Shown here in pieces: positions 60,493 to 64,000 of a stretch of DNA of 64,000 nucleotides; the first letter of the stretch is position 1, and the number at the start of each line of letters is the position of its first letter. The translations under genes and the position numbers were made by a program. The notes beneath the pieces were generated by a model. That model searched no databases. It was not told the origin of the DNA and was given only the letters and a program-made list of their open reading frames with translations. The stretch spans positions 58,126,430 through 58,190,429 of the forward strand of contig NC_090399.1 of assembly GCF_036365525.1 (NCBI RefSeq). The letters run 5' to 3'. The DNA is from Heterodontus francisci. Lineage: Eukaryota.

Positions 60493-60768
60493 TTGCTCCT
60501 CAAGTGTTTCTTTCCGCGGACAAGGCATCAGCTGCTAAACCGACACAACTCTGCTGCCTCGTCACAGGATTTTACCCTCGCGATATCGAAGTCACCCTCT
60601 TGAGAAATGGCGCACCGATTGCAGACACATGTTCCACTGGCATCCTACCCAACCACGATGGCACCTACCAGCTCAGGAGATGGGTTCAGATCGCACCTGA
60701 GAATGGTGCCAACTATTCCTGTCAGTATGAGCAAAGCGAAAAAGAAGGAATGGAGATCCTAGACTGGG
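60493..60768 (+). CDS. UAA: MHC class I heavy chain (UAA-like), exon 4, alpha3 Ig C1 domain
   Basis: Acceptor ctctcag|TT and donor G|GTAAGA, 276 bp. Encodes VAPQVFL...CLVTGFYPRDIEVTLLRNG...ILPNHDGTYQ...YSCQ...W. Confidence 0.95.
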
Positions 60769-60789
60769 GTAAGAGGAACAGTGACTGTT

Positions 60790-61310
60790 TAGAATCACCT
60801 CTCCTCATTCTGCCTTCCAAAATCAATCACCTAACACTTCTCTGCATTAAACTGCATTTGTCACATGTCTGCCCATTTCACCAGTCTGTCTATGTCCTCC
60901 TGAAATCTGTTCTAATCCTCTTCATTGGTTACTGCATTTCTGAGTTTTGTGTCATTGCACACCTTGAATTTATGCCCTTATACCCAAGTCCAGATTATTA
61001 ATATATATCAAAAAGAGATGTGATCCTCATACCAATCCTTCACTTTCTACTTCCTTCCAGTCTGAAAAATAATCATTCACCATTCCTCTCTGATTTCTGT
61101 CCCTGATCCAATTCCATATCCACTCTGACACTGTCCCTCTAATCCCATTGGCTTCAATTTTACTAGTAAGTCTATTTTGTGGCACTTTATCAAATGCCTT
61201 CTGAAAGCCCATATACACAACATACAGCACACTACCCTCATCAACACTGTCCGTCTATTCATCAGAGAACTTGATCAAGTTTGACAAGTTTGCCTTTGAC
61301 AATTCTGTGC
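60790..61310 (-). mobile_element. CR1 LINE RT fragment (intron 4)
   Basis: VVYMGFQKAFDKVPQNRLTSKIEANGIRG. Confidence 0.8.
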
Positions 61311-62177
61311 TCGCTTTCAATTTATTAACCCATGTTTTTCAACCTGACATTAAGTTTGTCCCAGATTGTTACAACATTAACAAGAGAGGATCGAGGTAAG
61401 TGAAAGCAATCAATGGAGACTGTGATAAGAATTGTAATGGGAGTTGGCTACAGGCTTCCTGATAATACATTCTTCCACTGCATAGCTGTTAATTCAGAGA
61501 TCAAAGAGACTTGTAGTAAATGAAGAGATGTTTTAATGGGAGACTTTAATTCCCATATAGATTGGGAAGAACAGAGTAGCTCAAGTCAGAAAGCTTGTGA
61601 ATTTCTTGACTGCATTCAACATAGTTTTCTGGAACCAACAAACAGGCAGGCCACACTAGCTCTAGTAGTGAGCCAGACATAGTTAATCTAACGGTAAGGG
61701 AACATTTACTTAACTGCGAGCCTGACATGTTTGAAAAGGAAAAACATAATACTGTTATGAAGATCCTCGAATTTGGTAAGGCTAACTTTTAATAGGATGA
61801 GACAGAGACTGATGACCGCAAACTGAACAAAACTGTTATTGGGTAAAACTACAGATGAACAGTGGGAGGTGTTCAGAAAAGAATTTAGCTTAATACAGAA
61901 ACGAGAAGGGCCGAGAGGTCTACTCGAGAAGAAGTGAAAGGTAACCTAAAACTAAAGGATAAAGCAAAGCATAGTATAGATCGAGGGGACTGGGAGAGAG
62001 CGAAAGAACATACAGTAAGAGCAGAAATATCAACAGACATTTATGAGGGTATCAAGATTAACACAAAGCTTTTACAATTATGTCAGAAGAAAAAGGCCCA
62101 TGTGGCCCTTTAAAAATCATTGCGGTCATACTGCAAATGTGAATAAGGAAAGGGTAGGACTTTTAGAATAATACAAT

Positions 62178-62397
62178 AAAAACAGACAATGTTGGAAATA
62201 CTCAGCAGGTCAGGTAGCATCTGTACAGAGAGCAATAATGTTAACCTTTCAGATCAGTGACCTCCATTCTGACAAAGTGGTATTGACCTGAAACATTAAC
62301 TCTGTTGCTCACGTCATAGATGCTGCCTGACCTGCTGAGTATTTCTAGAATGTTATGTTTTTATTTCAGATTTCCAGCATCTGCAGTGTTTTATTTT
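62178..62397. mobile_element. Penelope-like terminal repeats in inverted arrangement
   Basis: aaatactcagcaggtcaggtagcatct (left arm) is the reverse complement of agatgctgcctgacctgctgagtattt (right arm); homologous to 20036-20172. Confidence 0.75.
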
Positions 62398-62419
62398 GTT
62401 GGAACTTCGTGTCATTGAA

Positions 62420-64000
62420 TCATAGAACCCTACAGCACAGTAGGAGGCCATTTGGCCCATCGAGCCTATGCTGGCTCTTGGGATGAGTAGTCATTCTTAG
62501 TCCCATGTGTCTGCTTTTTGTCCCTAAATGTGTCAGCTCATCATCCTCAAATATCTGTACAACACCCTGTTTAAAATTGTTTCTGGAATCAGCTTCCACT
62601 TCTTTTCAGGTAGAACATTCCAGATCCCGACAGCTGAGTAAAATAAAATCCTCATTTCCCCTCTCTATCTTTTACCAATGATTTTAAATCTATAACCTCT
62701 GGTTATTGACCCACTCACCGGAGGGAATAACTTTCCTCTCTCTACCTTAGCAAAACTGCTCATCATCTTGAAAAAAATCTATTAGGTCACCTCTTAACCT
62801 TCTCTATTCCAAGGGGAACAGTCCTAACTTTTCCAACCTCTCCTCATAACTATAGTCTGTTATCTCTGTTAACATCCTGATAAACCTCCTCTGTGCCCTT
62901 TCTAAGGCCTTTACATCTTTTCGGAAGTGTGGTGCCCGGAATTGTCCACAATACTCCAACCGAGGCCTAACCAGTGATTTATAAAGTTCTAGCATGATCA
63001 CTTTACTTTTATATTCTGTACCTCGATTTATAAATCCATGTAACCCATATACTTTTACAACCACCTTATCAACTTGCTGTGCCATCTTTAAGGATTTGTG
63101 CATATGGAAACCAAGGTCTCTTTATTCATCTACACTTTTCAAAATATCGTCTACATTCTTTCAACATTAGTCCTTCCAAAGTGCATCACTTCACACTTCC
63201 CTACATTGAACTTCACCTGCCACGTCTTTGTCCATTTCACCATCCTGTCACCCTGAAGCCTAGAATGATTGAATCACAGAATCGTTACCGTGCAGGAGAA
63301 GGCCATTTGGTCCATCTTGTCTACACTGGCTCTCTGAAAGAGCAATTTCCTCAGTTCCATTCAGCTGCCTTCTCCCTGTAACCCTGCACATTCTTCCTTT
63401 TCATATAACTGTCTAATTCCCTTTTGAATGCTTCAATTGAACCTGCCTCCACCACGTTCTCAGGCAGTGCATTCTAAACCATAACCACTCGCTGCATGAA
63501 ACAGCTTTTCCTCATGTCACTTTTGCTTAACTTTACCAAATACTTGAAATCTGTGCCCTCTCATTCTCGATCCTTTCACGAGTGGGAACAGTTTCTCTCT
63601 CTCTACTCTGTTCAGACCCCTCATGATTTTGAATACCTCTATCAAATCACCTCTCAGCCTTCTCTTCTCCAAGGAAAACAGTCTTAACTTCTCCAATCTA
63701 TCTTCATAACTGAACCATTCTCGTGAACCCTTTCTGTAATCTCTCCAATGCCTTCACATCTTTCCTAAAGTGCGGCCACCAGAACTGGATGCAATGCTCC
63801 AGCTGAGGCCAAACTAGTGTCTTATATAAATTCAACATAACTTCCTTGCTCTTGTACTCTATCCCCCTACTAATAAAGCACAGGATACTGTATGCTTTAT
63901 TAACCTCTCTTTCAACCTGTCCTGCCACCTTCAATGACTTTTGCACATATACACATAGGTCCCTCTGCTCCTGCACCCCCTTCTGAATTGTACCCTTTAT
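62420..64000 (-). mobile_element. Two tandem or nested CR1 3' fragments (junction near 63262)
   Basis: LYKSLVRPRLEYCGQFRAPHFRKDV and LYKTLVWPQLEHCIQFWWPHFRKDV, each with its own 3' UTR. Confidence 0.88.

Noticed and set aside
60769-61001. Hydrophobic read-through after alpha3 as an alternative TM segment
   Set aside because: A strong GTAAG donor lies at 60769 and the downstream sequence is antisense CR1. The missing TM exon in the last 3 kb is not evidence of a secreted form, given the intron sizes here.

Overview
Eukaryotic, repeat-saturated DNA that looks like a cartilaginous fish (shark), judged from HE1/V-SINEs, a Deu-type SINE remnant, CR1/L2/RTE/Tx1/Penelope retrotransposons and the protein sequence of the one host gene. 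That gene is an MHC class I heavy chain of the shark UAA (classical-type) lineage on the + strand. Four in-phase GT-AG exons are visible: leader 38441-38489, alpha1 52390-52650, alpha2 59681-59953 and alpha3 60493-60768. TM/cytoplasmic exons are not seen and probably lie beyond the window. About 25 kb between 22.9 and 52.4 kb is five different minisatellite arrays around the promoter and inside the ~13.9 kb intron 1. Most long ORFs in the track are translations of these arrays, not genes. Most notable observations: (1) a decayed LTR retrovirus-like element whose env remnant resembles a fusion-(F)-type glycoprotein, possibly lokiretrovirus-like; (2) a LINE whose 5' end is a tRNA-like Pol III head fused directly to an APE ORF, with two internally deleted SINE-like derivatives in the same window; (3) a ~10 kb intronic satellite made of repeated branch-point/polypyrimidine modules whose last unit supplies the alpha1 acceptor; (4) a 33-bp satellite grown from inside a DeuSINE; (5) decayed Penelope hammerhead cores. 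Family assignments come from motif recognition without database searches, and repeat boundaries are approximate. I found no evidence of a wholly new functional system.
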